Positions 36,528 to 46,213 of a stretch of DNA of 64,000 bases are shown in pieces (position 1 is the stretch's first letter; every line of letters starts with the position of its first letter). The stretch comes from an uncultured Bacteroidota bacterium (GTDB taxonomy: Bacteria; Bacteroidota; Bacteroidia; Bacteroidales; P3): positions 30,932 to 94,931 of the forward strand of contig CACYIK010000004.1 of assembly GCA_902774395.1 (NCBI GenBank). Direction: 5' to 3'. The position numbers and the translations under genes are program-made. Below the pieces are notes generated by a model. The model was not told the origin of the DNA. It saw only the letters and a program-made list of their open reading frames with translations, and ran no database searches.

Positions 36528-38528
36528 CTAGAAGAGGCCTTCGAGGACGGAGTCGTCGACGAGGTTGGGCATGGTGACCTTAAGCTCGGGGCAGATGTCC
36601 ATGGCGCGCTTGATGGCGAACATGGCGCCTTCGTTGCGGGCCCAGGAACGGCGGCTGATGCCGTTGTTGACGTCCCAGTGGAGCATCATGCGGAGACGGC
36701 GGTCGCAAGCCTCAGAACCATCGAGGACCATGCCGAAGCCACCATTGATGACCTCGCCCCAGCCAACGCCGCCGCCGTTGTGGATAGAAACCCACGTGGC
36801 GCCACGGAAGCTGTCGCCGATGACGTTCTGCACGGCCATATCGGCGCAACGGTTCGAGCCATCGTAGATGTTGCTGGTCTCACGGAAGGGGCTGTCGGTA
36901 CCGCTGACGTCGTGGTGGTCGCGACCGAGGACGATAGGGGCGCTGATCTCACCCTTCTTGATGGCCTCGTTGAAGCGGGCGGCAATCTTGGTGCGGCCTT
37001 CGCAGTCGGCATAGAGAATACGGGCCTGGGAACCGACAACAAGGTGATTCTCCTTGGCACCCTTGATCCACTGGATATTGTCGTGCATCTGCTGCTGAAT
37101 CTCGGCGGGAGCCGTGGCAGCAATCTCACCCAGCACCTCCATGGCGATATGGTCGCTCTTGTCGAGGTCCTCAGGCTTGCCACTGGTGCAGACCCAGCGG
37201 AAGGGACCGAAGCCGTAGTCGAAGCACATCGGGCCCATGATATCCTGAACGTAGGAAGGATAGCGGAAAGCGGTCTTATCGGCATTCCAGATATCGGCAC
37301 CGGCGCGGCTGCTCTCCAGCAGGAAGGCGTTGCCGTAGTCGAAGAAGTACATACCCTTGGCGGTAAGCTTGTTGACGGCAGTCACATGGCGGCGGAGAGA
37401 CTCCTGCACCTTCTCCTTGAAGAGCTCTGGCTTCTCGGCCATCATCACCTTGGCATCCTCGAAGCTGACACCCACGGGATAGTAGCCACCGGCCCAGGGG
37501 TTATGCAGCGAGGTCTGGTCGCTGCCGAGGTCCACCTTGATGCCCTTCTCAGCGCAGTACTCCCAGAGGTCGACGACATTGCCCTGGTAGGCATAGCTCT
37601 TGGCCTCCTTGGCGGCGATGGACTTGTTGACGGCCACGAAGAGCTCGTCGAGGTTGTCGTGCACCTCGTCGACCCAGCCCTGCGTGTAGCGCTTCTGCGT
37701 GGCGGCGGGGTTGATTTCGGCGGTGATGGAGACCACACCGGCGATGTCACCAGCCTTGGGCTGGGCGCCACTCATGCCGCCGAGGCCGGCGGTGATGAAG
37801 AGCTTACCGGCGGTGCCACCACCGAGCTTACGGGCAGCGTTCAAGACGGTGATGGTGGTGCCGTGGACGATACCCTGAGGACCGATGTACATGTAGGAGC
37901 CGGCGGTCATCTGACCGTACTGCGTGACGCCGAGGGCGTTGTAGCGCTCCCAGTCGTCGGGCTTGCTGTAGTTGGGAATCATCATGCCGTTGGTGACGAC
38001 CACACGCGGGGCGTCCTTGTGGCTGGGATAGAGTCCCATGGGATGACCGCTGTACATCACGAGTGTCTGCTCGTCGGTCATCTCACTCAAATATTTCATA
38101 ACCAGACGGTACTGAGCCCAGTTCTGGAAGACGGCGCCGTTGCCGCCGTAGGTGATGAGCTCGTGGGGATGCTGAGCCACGGCGGGGTCGAGGTTGTTCT
38201 GGATCATCAGCATGATGGCGGCAGCCTGACGGCACTTGGCGGGGTACTCCTCGATGGGGCGGGCATACATCTTGTAGGTGGGACGCAGACGGTACATATA
38301 GATGCGGCCGTACTTCTGCAGCTCCTCGGCGAACTCCTTGGCCAGCATCTTGTGGTGCTTGGCGGGGAAGTAGCGCAGGGCGTTGCGGATGGCGAGCTTC
38401 TTCTCGGCAGGCGTCAGGATGTCCTTACGCTTGGGGGCGTGGTTCACCGTAGGGTCGTAAGCGGGCATTTCGGGCAGCGGATCGGGGATACCGAGGCGCA
38501 ATTCATTCTGGAATTCTTCTAAAGTCAT
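36528..38528 (-). CDS. hutU: urocanate hydratase
   Basis: 666 aa, long-form urocanase. Conserved blocks include TAGLGGMSGAQP and GTDSPFRETSN. Confidence 0.93.
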   Translation of the reverse strand: MTLEEFQNELRLGIPDPLPEMPAYDPTVNHAPKRKDILTPAEKKLAIRNALRYFPAKHHKMLAKEFAEELQKYGRIYMYRLRPTYKMYARPIEEYPAKCRQAAAIMLMIQNNLDPAVAQHPHELITYGGNGAVFQNWAQYRLVMKYLSEMTDEQTLVMYSGHPMGLYPSHKDAPRVVVTNGMMIPNYSKPDDWERYNALGVTQYGQMTAGSYMYIGPQGIVHGTTITVLNAARKLGGGTAGKLFITAGLGGMSGAQPKAGDIAGVVSITAEINPAATQKRYTQGWVDEVHDNLDELFVAVNKSIAAKEAKSYAYQGNVVDLWEYCAEKGIKVDLGSDQTSLHNPWAGGYYPVGVSFEDAKVMMAEKPELFKEKVQESLRRHVTAVNKLTAKGMYFFDYGNAFLLESSRAGADIWNADKTAFRYPSYVQDIMGPMCFDYGFGPFRWVCTSGKPEDLDKSDHIAMEVLGEIAATAPAEIQQQMHDNIQWIKGAKENHLVVGSQARILYADCEGRTKIAARFNEAIKKGEISAPIVLGRDHHDVSGTDSPFRETSNIYDGSNRCADMAVQNVIGDSFRGATWVSIHNGGGVGWGEVINGGFGMVLDGSEACDRRLRMMLHWDVNNGISRRSWARNEGAMFAIKRAMDICPELKVTMPNLVDDSVLEGLF

Positions 38529-38655
38529 AGTATTATATTTTTATTTATCAATCACTTACACGTACGTATCACGCTCATGGCACAACACGTACAACGTTGC
38601 AAAAATACAAAAAAAATCCCGACTCCCGACAGCAAATTTTATCCAAATTGCAACT

Positions 38656-38790
38656 CACTGATACTTAACACCAACACCGTACCAACTCCGTATCAAGTCC
38701 GACTCAACTCCGACCCAAGTCCGACTATGGTAGGAGTTGATACGGTGTTGGTAGGGTGTTGGTAGGTGTTTGATAGGGTATTGGTACGGT
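38656..38790. repeat. stutter-word hairpin element, copy 2 of the dispersed repeat seen at 8694-8800
   Basis: The left arm CACTGATACTTAACACCAACACCGTACCAACTCCGTATCAAGTCCGACTCAACTCCGACCC pairs with the right arm GGAGTTGATACGGTGTTGGTAGGGTGTTGGTAGGTGTTTGATAGGGTATTGGTACGG. Confidence 0.85.
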
Positions 38791-41187
38791 TTAGAACTGG
38801 AGTTGGAGGCCGACGGTGAGGCGCGGGAGGAGGACCTTGCCGGGGGCGGGGTCCTTTCCGAGGTCCTCAAGACGGTAGCGGGCATAGACGCCTATAACGT
38901 CGTAGGTGAGGCGGGTGACGACGCCATAGGTAATACGGTAGTCCTCGGTAGCTTTGGCATCGGAGTAGGAGTGCTCGCTGTAGTTGGACGAGGAGCCATT
39001 GGGATTTTCTCCGCCGAGGGTGTAGGTGTCACCCTCGCCGCTCACGTAGACGCCAAGGTCCCAATGGAGGCCATTGCCGAAGAGGCCTAGGGCACGGAGG
39101 CGGATGCGCTGGAAGAGTTCAAGATTGAGGACCTCGCTCATTTCGAGGCTGCGGTTGATGACCTCCTTGTAGCCGCTCAGGTCAGCCTGGGTGATACCCA
39201 GCGAGGTCTCGAAGTCGTTGAGGGGTGCGTCGTTGAAACGGTAGTGCGTGAAGGTCATGCCGATGCCGATACCAATGCTATAGGTCTTGCTGTAGGACTG
39301 GAGGATGCGGATGCCGAAGCTCCAACTGGGGGACCAGCCGTTGACAGGCATTTCAGCACTCTCAGTGGAGATGGGCAGGCCGAAGCCAAAGTAGACATGG
39401 GAGTGATATTTGGCGTTGCTTCCATAGAGGGAGGGCTGCTGCATATCATCGTCACGGTAATGTTTGTCGGAGGCGGCGAAAGCGTCCTCGGAAGTTATGG
39501 TACCAAAACTGTCGTGATCAGCATCAGGATCTATGCTGGAGGTAATGCCCTCTGTATAACCATCAAGGAAGACTTCGAGGCGATGGCCTGAACAGATGCT
39601 GAAATGTATGGCACCGGTGGTGTCGAGGAAGTAGATGTGCTGATTGCCGTAGCGCACGACATATCCATCGATGGCCATCTCTTTATAGAAGATGGGCTTG
39701 TTGACAACCGCACGGAGTGGACGGACAAGGATTTCGCCGTCTTTCTCTTCGAAGTGGAAGGTGGGGGACGGAGTGGCTGAGTGACTAGGTGACTGAGTGA
39801 AAAAGTCGGCCTGGGGGACGCCGTAGCCGAAGGCGTAGTCACAGTAGGGGTAGAGGTCGGCAGACTGCTCGATGAGGTGGAACATCTCCATGGCGCTCTT
39901 GCCGGGCGAGGCCTGCCAGGCACAGGCGGCAAAGCCGGCGACGAGGGGGCAGGAGAAGGAGGTGCCGTGGACATAGTGATATTTGTTGTCACCCTTGCCG
40001 GTATTGGCAGTGCGGGCGTAGCCAAAGGCGCAGACGTTGGGTTTCTGGCGGCCGTCGGCGCTGGGACCGTAAGATGAGAAGGCGATGTGGTTGTACTTAG
40101 TGAGGCTATTTTCGATGCCACCCACGCAGAGGACGCTATCGGCGTCGGCGGGAGTGATGATGGTTTTCCACTGGCTATCGGTGGCTTCGTTGCCGGCGGA
40201 GTTGACGACGAGCATGCCCTTGCGGGCAGCAAGGTTGCCTGCCTTGGCGACATAGGAGGTGCCGTCCATGTCGGTGGTGTAGTGGCGTTCCTTTCCATAG
40301 CCGAGGGAGGAAGAGATGATGTTGGCGCCGTTGCGGTCGGCCCATTCCACGGCCATCTGCCACCAGACCTCTTCCTTGAAGGGCTCGGAGTTGACCTCGG
40401 TACGTGCCAGGAGGAACTCGGCGCCTGTGGCGAGGCCAAGGTCGCGGTTGTCCATGCGGCCGGCGATACAGGAGAGCGTCATGGTGCCGTGGGAGTTCCA
40501 TCCGTAGACATCCTCCTTATCCTTGGGAAAATTCCAGGTCTTGATAATCTGATGGTTGTCGCGCAGATGTTTGAAGGCGGCGTGGGTGTTGACCTGCGGG
40601 AAGCCGCCGTCGAAGACGGCGATGCGGATGCCACGGCCGTCGAAGCCGGCGTCACGGAAGGCCTTGCCATTCATACGGACGAGCTGAGCCTCGAGAGGGC
40701 CGTCGACGGTGGCGATGTCGAAGAGGCCAGGAACGTCGGGTGACTGATTGGCTGAGTGACTAAGTGGCTGAGTGGCTGACGCGAGGTGGAGGCCGGTGGC
40801 GGCGATGGGTTGGACGCGGAGAACGTAGGGCAGATGCTCGATGGCAACGATTTGGTCAGGGGTGGCCATGACACCTAGGGCGTTCATCCAACGGCTAACG
40901 CCGATTAATGATGAATAATGAGTGATGAATGATGAACTATCGGTGAGGATCGTCTCTATCTGTTTTACGTAACCGTCGTTCAGCGGGTAGTTGGTGATGT
41001 CGTAGAGGTCGGCACCGCACTGGTGGTAGCGTTCGATGGCCTTGGCGTCGAAATAAGAGTAAGGGTCGAAGGTAGTGCCAGCCTTGTCGGCAAGGAAGAC
41101 CCAGTAGGCCTGTTGCGAGTGGAGAGTGGAGAGAGGAAAGTGCAAAGCAATAGCACAAAGCACTGCAAAAAACAAAATCTTTTTCAT
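38791..41187 (-). CDS. S8 (subtilisin-like) serine peptidase with a C-terminal beta-barrel-like domain
   Basis: Signal peptide. Catalytic triad contexts IAVFDGGF (Asp), NSHGTMT (His), GTSFSCPLVAG (Ser). The C-terminal ~260 aa show alternating-hydrophobic strands and end in LTVGLQLQF. Contains four in-frame word arrays. Confidence 0.82.
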   Translation of the reverse strand: MKKILFFAVLCAIALHFPLSTLHSQQAYWVFLADKAGTTFDPYSYFDAKAIERYHQCGADLYDITNYPLNDGYVKQIETILTDSSSFITHYSSLIGVSRWMNALGVMATPDQIVAIEHLPYVLRVQPIAATGLHLASATQPLSHSANQSPDVPGLFDIATVDGPLEAQLVRMNGKAFRDAGFDGRGIRIAVFDGGFPQVNTHAAFKHLRDNHQIIKTWNFPKDKEDVYGWNSHGTMTLSCIAGRMDNRDLGLATGAEFLLARTEVNSEPFKEEVWWQMAVEWADRNGANIISSSLGYGKERHYTTDMDGTSYVAKAGNLAARKGMLVVNSAGNEATDSQWKTIITPADADSVLCVGGIENSLTKYNHIAFSSYGPSADGRQKPNVCAFGYARTANTGKGDNKYHYVHGTSFSCPLVAGFAACAWQASPGKSAMEMFHLIEQSADLYPYCDYAFGYGVPQADFFTQSPSHSATPSPTFHFEEKDGEILVRPLRAVVNKPIFYKEMAIDGYVVRYGNQHIYFLDTTGAIHFSICSGHRLEVFLDGYTEGITSSIDPDADHDSFGTITSEDAFAASDKHYRDDDMQQPSLYGSNAKYHSHVYFGFGLPISTESAEMPVNGWSPSWSFGIRILQSYSKTYSIGIGIGMTFTHYRFNDAPLNDFETSLGITQADLSGYKEVINRSLEMSEVLNLELFQRIRLRALGLFGNGLHWDLGVYVSGEGDTYTLGGENPNGSSSNYSEHSYSDAKATEDYRITYGVVTRLTYDVIGVYARYRLEDLGKDPAPGKVLLPRLTVGLQLQF

Positions 41188-41195
41188 GGTGTTTA

Positions 41196-41906
41196 TTATT
41201 GTAATACTGTATGCAAGATTTCGTGGCTGTGGAAATGTGAGAAGCCGCTGAGGTGGAGGTGGTAGTAGGTGATGAGGGCGTTGATGAGCGCGGTGCGCTC
41301 ATCAAGTGGAGAGTGGAGAGTGGAGAGTGGAGAGTTAAGGTAGTGGTGGAGGGTTTCGGAGAGGTGGGGGGAAAGGGTGGTCTCGGTGGAGGCGGAGACG
41401 AAGCGGCCTTCTTGAAGATCGAAGAGGGGCTCGCGGGTACAGTAGTTATCGAAAGGCTCGATGCCGAGGTGACGGGCAACGGTGAGGAGGAAGGTTATGG
41501 GAAGTGATGAGTGAGGAGTGGGGAGTGAGGAATTTATGGATTCGACGTAGTCGAAGAGGGCGGGCATGGGTTCGGATTCACGGAGGGCTTTATAGAGCAC
41601 TTCCGTCATGAAGAAACGCAGAGCGTTTTGTGTGGGTGAGTAACTGAGTGGCTGAGTGGCTGAGTGACTGAGTAACTGAGAGAGTTCTTTGACGTAGTTG
41701 AGGTCGGTCTTTTCGTTGTTGTAGACCACCATATCGAGGCATGAGAGGGGCTGCAGGAGGTTCTGTTTTACGCGGCCTCCCCTACCCCTTACACCTTTTA
41801 TTATATAGGAGCGCACCCCGAGCTGCCGCGTGAAGACCTTCACCACTACCGAGGACTCTGAGTAGGGAGTGGTGTGGAGTACGAGGCCACGGGTGGAGAG
41901 AAGCAT
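41196..41906 (-). CDS. recO: DNA repair protein RecO
   Basis: 236 aa. The N-terminal OB-fold sequence TRGLVLHTTPYSESSVVVKVFTRQLGVRSYIIKGVR is typical of RecO. Contains three in-frame word arrays. Confidence 0.8.
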   Translation of the reverse strand: MLLSTRGLVLHTTPYSESSVVVKVFTRQLGVRSYIIKGVRGRGGRVKQNLLQPLSCLDMVVYNNEKTDLNYVKELSQLLSHSATQPLSYSPTQNALRFFMTEVLYKALRESEPMPALFDYVESINSSLPTPHSSLPITFLLTVARHLGIEPFDNYCTREPLFDLQEGRFVSASTETTLSPHLSETLHHYLNSPLSTLHSPLDERTALINALITYYHLHLSGFSHFHSHEILHTVLQ

Positions 41907-41958
41907 TGTTTAATGATGAATGATGAGTGATGAGTGATGAATGATAAGTGATAAACGA

Positions 41959-44310
41959 CTATCTGATGATAAGGATCTTGGCCACGGAGCGGTTGTCACC
42001 TTGGCTATCGGAAGCGAAGACGTAGTAGACGCCCGAGGCCACCTTTTCGCCGCTGGCGGTGCGACCGTCCCAGATGGCCTGACCACCGTTGGCGGTGGTG
42101 GTATAGACGGTATGTCCGGCAGCATCGGTGATATGCACCAAGCCGTTGCGGGTGAAGCCCTTGATGGCGATAGGACCGTCATAGTCGGGCTTTACGGGAT
42201 TGGGGAAAGCATAGACCTTGTCGAGCGGCGAGCTGACGGCATAGGTGGCGGTGCCGCGGTAGACCTGCAAGCCACGGTCGGTGCCAATATAGACCTCGCC
42301 GGTGCGCTCGTTGATACCCAGAGCGACAACCTTATCGGAATAGAGCGGGCTGTTGCTGGCAGTGAAATGCGCAAGCTGATCGAGGCCGTTGGCGGAGATG
42401 AGGTAGAGTCCCCCGCTGGCTGTGCCCACCCACTTGCGGTTAGCGCCGTCGACAGCGATGGCGGTGATACTCTCGTAAGCCATGAGGTATTCCGAGAACT
42501 CACCGTTGGTGATGGTGATGTTGCTGCAGTTCACCGGTGCATATTCTCCGTTACCGCCGTTGTTGAAAGCCTTGTAGCCGTCGTAGATAACCTTGATACC
42601 CTTGTTGGTGCCAATCCAGATGTTACCGTTATGATCCTGCAACAGGGCGGTGACGGCGTCGGTGGAGAGTTTGCTGCCGTTGTTGGGGTTGACTTTTGCC
42701 ATGTGGCTCACGCCGTCGTGGACATAGATGACGTTGCTGCGACCGCAGAACCACTTATAGCCTGTGACGCTGTCGCAGACAAGCTTGTCGACCTCGGGGG
42801 TAGTGACCATTGACATGGTGGGGAAACCCTTCCAGGTGCCGTCGGCACGACGGACAGCGAGGGCATGAGTGCTTTGGGAGTTGAGTATCCACAGGTCGCC
42901 ACGGAGGTCGAACTCCACCGCGCCGGTATTGAGACGGCTATAAGATCCCGAGCTGTAGGGTATCAGAGCGCCCTCCGTATTGGTGCTATTGTAGAGCGTC
43001 TGCACCTGGTTGTTGCGTATCGACACCACCCCATGTCCCCATAGGGCAGCCACGCTCTCATTGGTGTCGCGGGGATTGACAGCCACGTCGAGGAGGTCGC
43101 TAAGACCGTCGAGGAGACCATTGCTGCGGTCGAGAGAGGACCACCTTTGACCCACGGCGGTATACACATTGGGGGCGAGATAGGCACTGGCGTATGTCGG
43201 TGTATGGCCACCAGGGCAAAGCATCATACGATAGTTGAAAGGTACGAGACGGTAGACATTGTCGGCATTCGCGGGACCGGAAGGACGGTGGTATTCCTCT
43301 TCGCCGGAGGGATGAATGCCCACGATACCCTCCCATGGATGCGCCACCCATAGGATACCCTCGCGAGCGAAGGTGGCGTCGCGAGCCTCGAGGGTGCCCC
43401 AGTTGTAGGTGCTGTAGTCGTCAATGAGGGTAAACAACGTGTCGTAGACAAGCACATGGCCATCGGCGCACACCGCCACCTTGTCGGCGGAAGCCTGCAT
43501 GGCGTTCACAACACCACCCCAGCGCAGAAGGGAATAGGAGGAACCACGGCGGACAAGGAGCGAGCAATTATCGGGGTTGGAGGCGTAGCCGGCAACCAAA
43601 AGTTGTTGTGCAACGGGACAGAGCATGGCGACATTGAGGCTGTCGAGCCGGTGGTCGATATCCCAACGGTCACTGACGGAAGGGTGTTGTTCTGAGACGG
43701 AGAGCCGCTTCAAGCCCTCGCCGGTGGCGGCGAAGAGGCTGTCGGGCATGAAGGCGAGGTCGTAGACAGGCGTATAGGTGCCGCCGGCGCCGAGATACCA
43801 GGTCTCCTTGATTTCCTGACGGCGGACATCCACCACCACCACGCCAAAGCCTGTAGCCAGATAGGCGTTGCCGTTGGAGAAACGCACGTGATAGATGCTT
43901 TTGTCGCCAGAAATCTCGCTGCGTTTGATGTCGGAGAGGTTGTATGTACGGCCATCGATGAGCAGGTCGACATTGGAGTTATTGTAGGCCACCACAAGAC
44001 ATTGTGTAGCCTTGTCATAGCCTATTGTGGCGATACCGACATCGTTCAGTCCGTCTCCCTTGTCGAAAGTTGTCAGCGTGTGGTCGTCGAGGTCGTAGCA
44101 AAACACGCCGTCCAGGGCAGCAGCATAGATTCGGTCGCCGGCATCGACCACATGATTGACCAATGAATAGTCCAGACATCCGCGCCAGTGGCCAATGGCC
44201 GTCTGGGCAATTGCTGAATTGAAAATTGAAAATTGGAAAATGAAAAATAAACTTACACAGAGAATGCTGCGCAAGCAACTGACCACCGACCGCTGACGAA
44301 CAACTTTCAT
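41959..44310 (-). CDS. two-beta-propeller protein with a T9SS-type C-terminal domain (PorZ-like)
   Basis: 783 aa. Signal peptide, repeated propeller blades (WIGT/WVGT/IGTDRGL motifs), and a C-terminal Ig-like domain AFPNPVKPDYDGPIAIKG...SGVYYVFA...AKILIIR. Size and architecture match PorZ. Not verified. Confidence 0.5.
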   Translation of the reverse strand: MKVVRQRSVVSCLRSILCVSLFFIFQFSIFNSAIAQTAIGHWRGCLDYSLVNHVVDAGDRIYAAALDGVFCYDLDDHTLTTFDKGDGLNDVGIATIGYDKATQCLVVAYNNSNVDLLIDGRTYNLSDIKRSEISGDKSIYHVRFSNGNAYLATGFGVVVVDVRRQEIKETWYLGAGGTYTPVYDLAFMPDSLFAATGEGLKRLSVSEQHPSVSDRWDIDHRLDSLNVAMLCPVAQQLLVAGYASNPDNCSLLVRRGSSYSLLRWGGVVNAMQASADKVAVCADGHVLVYDTLFTLIDDYSTYNWGTLEARDATFAREGILWVAHPWEGIVGIHPSGEEEYHRPSGPANADNVYRLVPFNYRMMLCPGGHTPTYASAYLAPNVYTAVGQRWSSLDRSNGLLDGLSDLLDVAVNPRDTNESVAALWGHGVVSIRNNQVQTLYNSTNTEGALIPYSSGSYSRLNTGAVEFDLRGDLWILNSQSTHALAVRRADGTWKGFPTMSMVTTPEVDKLVCDSVTGYKWFCGRSNVIYVHDGVSHMAKVNPNNGSKLSTDAVTALLQDHNGNIWIGTNKGIKVIYDGYKAFNNGGNGEYAPVNCSNITITNGEFSEYLMAYESITAIAVDGANRKWVGTASGGLYLISANGLDQLAHFTASNSPLYSDKVVALGINERTGEVYIGTDRGLQVYRGTATYAVSSPLDKVYAFPNPVKPDYDGPIAIKGFTRNGLVHITDAAGHTVYTTTANGGQAIWDGRTASGEKVASGVYYVFASDSQGDNRSVAKILIIR

Positions 44311-44822
44311 ACGTTTTCTTTCTTCAGGAAAATATACTGGTAGAGTACCGCCAACAGCGTGGTCGTCAGCGTGGAGAGGATGGTGGCGAGAAGCATGCTG
44401 CCGAAGCCTCGAAAACCAAAGAGTTCCAGCAAGAAGAATACAAAATAGAAAGCCCCCAGCATCAACAGCAGATAGCTGATGAAGTACTGAGGTGTCACGC
44501 TATAGAAACTGGGAGTGTTGATTACCACCGGCTCGCCACGTGTTAGGATACGGTTGGCAAAGAGGATACGCAGCATGGCCACCACAGTACAGGCCATCGC
44601 GTGGAATCCCAACATATTGCTCATCATGTCGGCAACCAGACCTGTGGCAAATGCCGTCAGCAAGAGCGGTATGCGTTTCATGTCGGTGGGCAGCATCAAG
44701 ATGAACAGCACATAGAGCATCGGCATGGCATAGCCACCGAGATAGACGTGGTTGAGCACCACCACCTGCAAAAACATCAGCAGACAAAAACGACCTATAT
44801 TCCGTAAAAGCAGATTATTCAT
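44307..44822 (-). CDS. mreD: rod shape-determining protein MreD
   Basis: 171 aa, about 5 TM helices. Immediately downstream of and overlapping mreC. Confidence 0.7.
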   Translation of the reverse strand: MNNLLLRNIGRFCLLMFLQVVVLNHVYLGGYAMPMLYVLFILMLPTDMKRIPLLLTAFATGLVADMMSNMLGFHAMACTVVAMLRILFANRILTRGEPVVINTPSFYSVTPQYFISYLLLMLGAFYFVFFLLELFGFRGFGSMLLATILSTLTTTLLAVLYQYIFLKKENV

Positions 44823-45654
44823 ATTTCGACAGGGTTTCTTCCATCAGTTTGTCCTGTTCCTCGCGGAAACGGTTCTTGATGATATAGACATGGTCCAGTT
44901 TATTGAAATTGGTAGCCAGGAGAATCTTCACTTTATAGAAGCCCGTACCCTGCTCGGGTTCAGCCTCCTCTATATAGCCCACCGGAATGCCCTCCGGGAA
45001 ATCGCCCTCATGCGACGTAACGATAGTGTCGCCAGGGTAGAACTGATACGCGACGGGCATGTCCTTCACCTGAGCATAGCGGTAGTCTTTTCCGTCCCAC
45101 ATCAGATGGCCACTGATACCGGTGCGCTGGGCTTTCACGCTGTTGAGACTCTTTGAGTGAAGCACCGGCATGATGGTGGCGAAATTGTCCGACACCGACA
45201 TCACCACACCTACAATGCCTTCGGGCGAGATGACAGTCATGTCGGGCTCAATGCCGTGAGTACGGCCCTTATTGATCATGATGTAGTTGTTCTGCTGACT
45301 CCACGAGTTCTTGATGACTTGTGCCTCTGTGTAGCTGTAACGCTGGCGGTAGACGGTATCGTTCACCGTGAAGACGCTGTCGCTATAGCTAATGTATGAC
45401 GCCGCCAGTTGTGCTCTGAGCTGGGCATTCTCCGCGGCCAAGCGGTCGTTCTCGCCTTTCAGCCCGAAGTAGCCACTGATACTATGCACTCCTTGGTACC
45501 AGCCTCCAGCGATGCTGTTAGTCCATGCTATAAGTTTAGAACTCTGGTAATAGCTGGTACGGGACATCAACACAATACTCACTATCAGCAATAATACGAA
45601 TACTACCACGTAGTCGTATTTCCTAAGCAGTATTATCAGTCGGTTCCTATTCAT
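44815..45654 (-). CDS. mreC: rod shape-determining protein MreC
   Basis: N-terminal TM helix, coiled coil (ENDRLAAENAQLRAQL), and beta-barrel domain blocks GIVGVVMSVSDNFATIMPV and GDTIVTSHEGDFPEGIPVGYI. Confidence 0.85.
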   Translation of the reverse strand: MNRNRLIILLRKYDYVVVFVLLLIVSIVLMSRTSYYQSSKLIAWTNSIAGGWYQGVHSISGYFGLKGENDRLAAENAQLRAQLAASYISYSDSVFTVNDTVYRQRYSYTEAQVIKNSWSQQNNYIMINKGRTHGIEPDMTVISPEGIVGVVMSVSDNFATIMPVLHSKSLNSVKAQRTGISGHLMWDGKDYRYAQVKDMPVAYQFYPGDTIVTSHEGDFPEGIPVGYIEEAEPEQGTGFYKVKILLATNFNKLDHVYIIKNRFREEQDKLMEETLSKYE

Positions 45655-46210
45655 TTAAAAACTCCTCTATCACTTTACGGGTCTCGTCCACGGCGCGCTG
45701 CAGGTCGTCGTTGACGATGGTACGGTCGAATGCCGGTGCCTGCTCCAGTTCCTCGGCACTGCGGGCCAGACGCTTGACGATGGCCTCCTCGCTGTCGGTA
45801 CCACGGCTGCGCAAGCGCTGCTCCAGTACCTGCAGACTGGGCGGCATAACAAAGACTGACAGGGCATCGGCTCCAAAATAACGTTTGATATTCTTACCTC
45901 CGTTGACGTCAACATCGAACACAATCACCTTACCCTCGTTCCAGATGCGGTCAATCTCGCTCTTCAGCGTACCGTAACAAGTCCCCTGATAAACTTCTTC
46001 CCACTCGAGGAACTCGTCGTCATGAACACGTTTCATGAATTCCTCATGGCTGAGGAAATAATAGTCCTTGCCGTTGACCTCCTCGCCGCGCGGCTTGCGC
46101 GAGGTAGCCGAAATGGAGAAATCGAAACAGTCGAAATACCGCATCAACTCCTTGATGATGGTCGTCTTGCCACATCCCGACGGTGCAGAGAACAGAATTG
46201 CTTTGCCCAT
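45647..46210 (-). CDS. gmk: guanylate kinase
   Basis: P-loop SAPSGCGKTT, TSRKPRGEEVNGKDYYF, GTCYGT. Confidence 0.93.
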   Translation of the reverse strand: MGKAILFSAPSGCGKTTIIKELMRYFDCFDFSISATSRKPRGEEVNGKDYYFLSHEEFMKRVHDDEFLEWEEVYQGTCYGTLKSEIDRIWNEGKVIVFDVDVNGGKNIKRYFGADALSVFVMPPSLQVLEQRLRSRGTDSEEAIVKRLARSAEELEQAPAFDRTIVNDDLQRAVDETRKVIEEFLNE

Positions 46211-46213
46211 AGG

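Noticed and set aside
44307-46210. Expected mreB next to mreC/mreD.
   Set aside because: The gene upstream of mreC is gmk, overlapping it by 8 nt, and no actin-like ORF is in the window. mreB is presumably elsewhere. This is unusual but not evidence of anything by itself.
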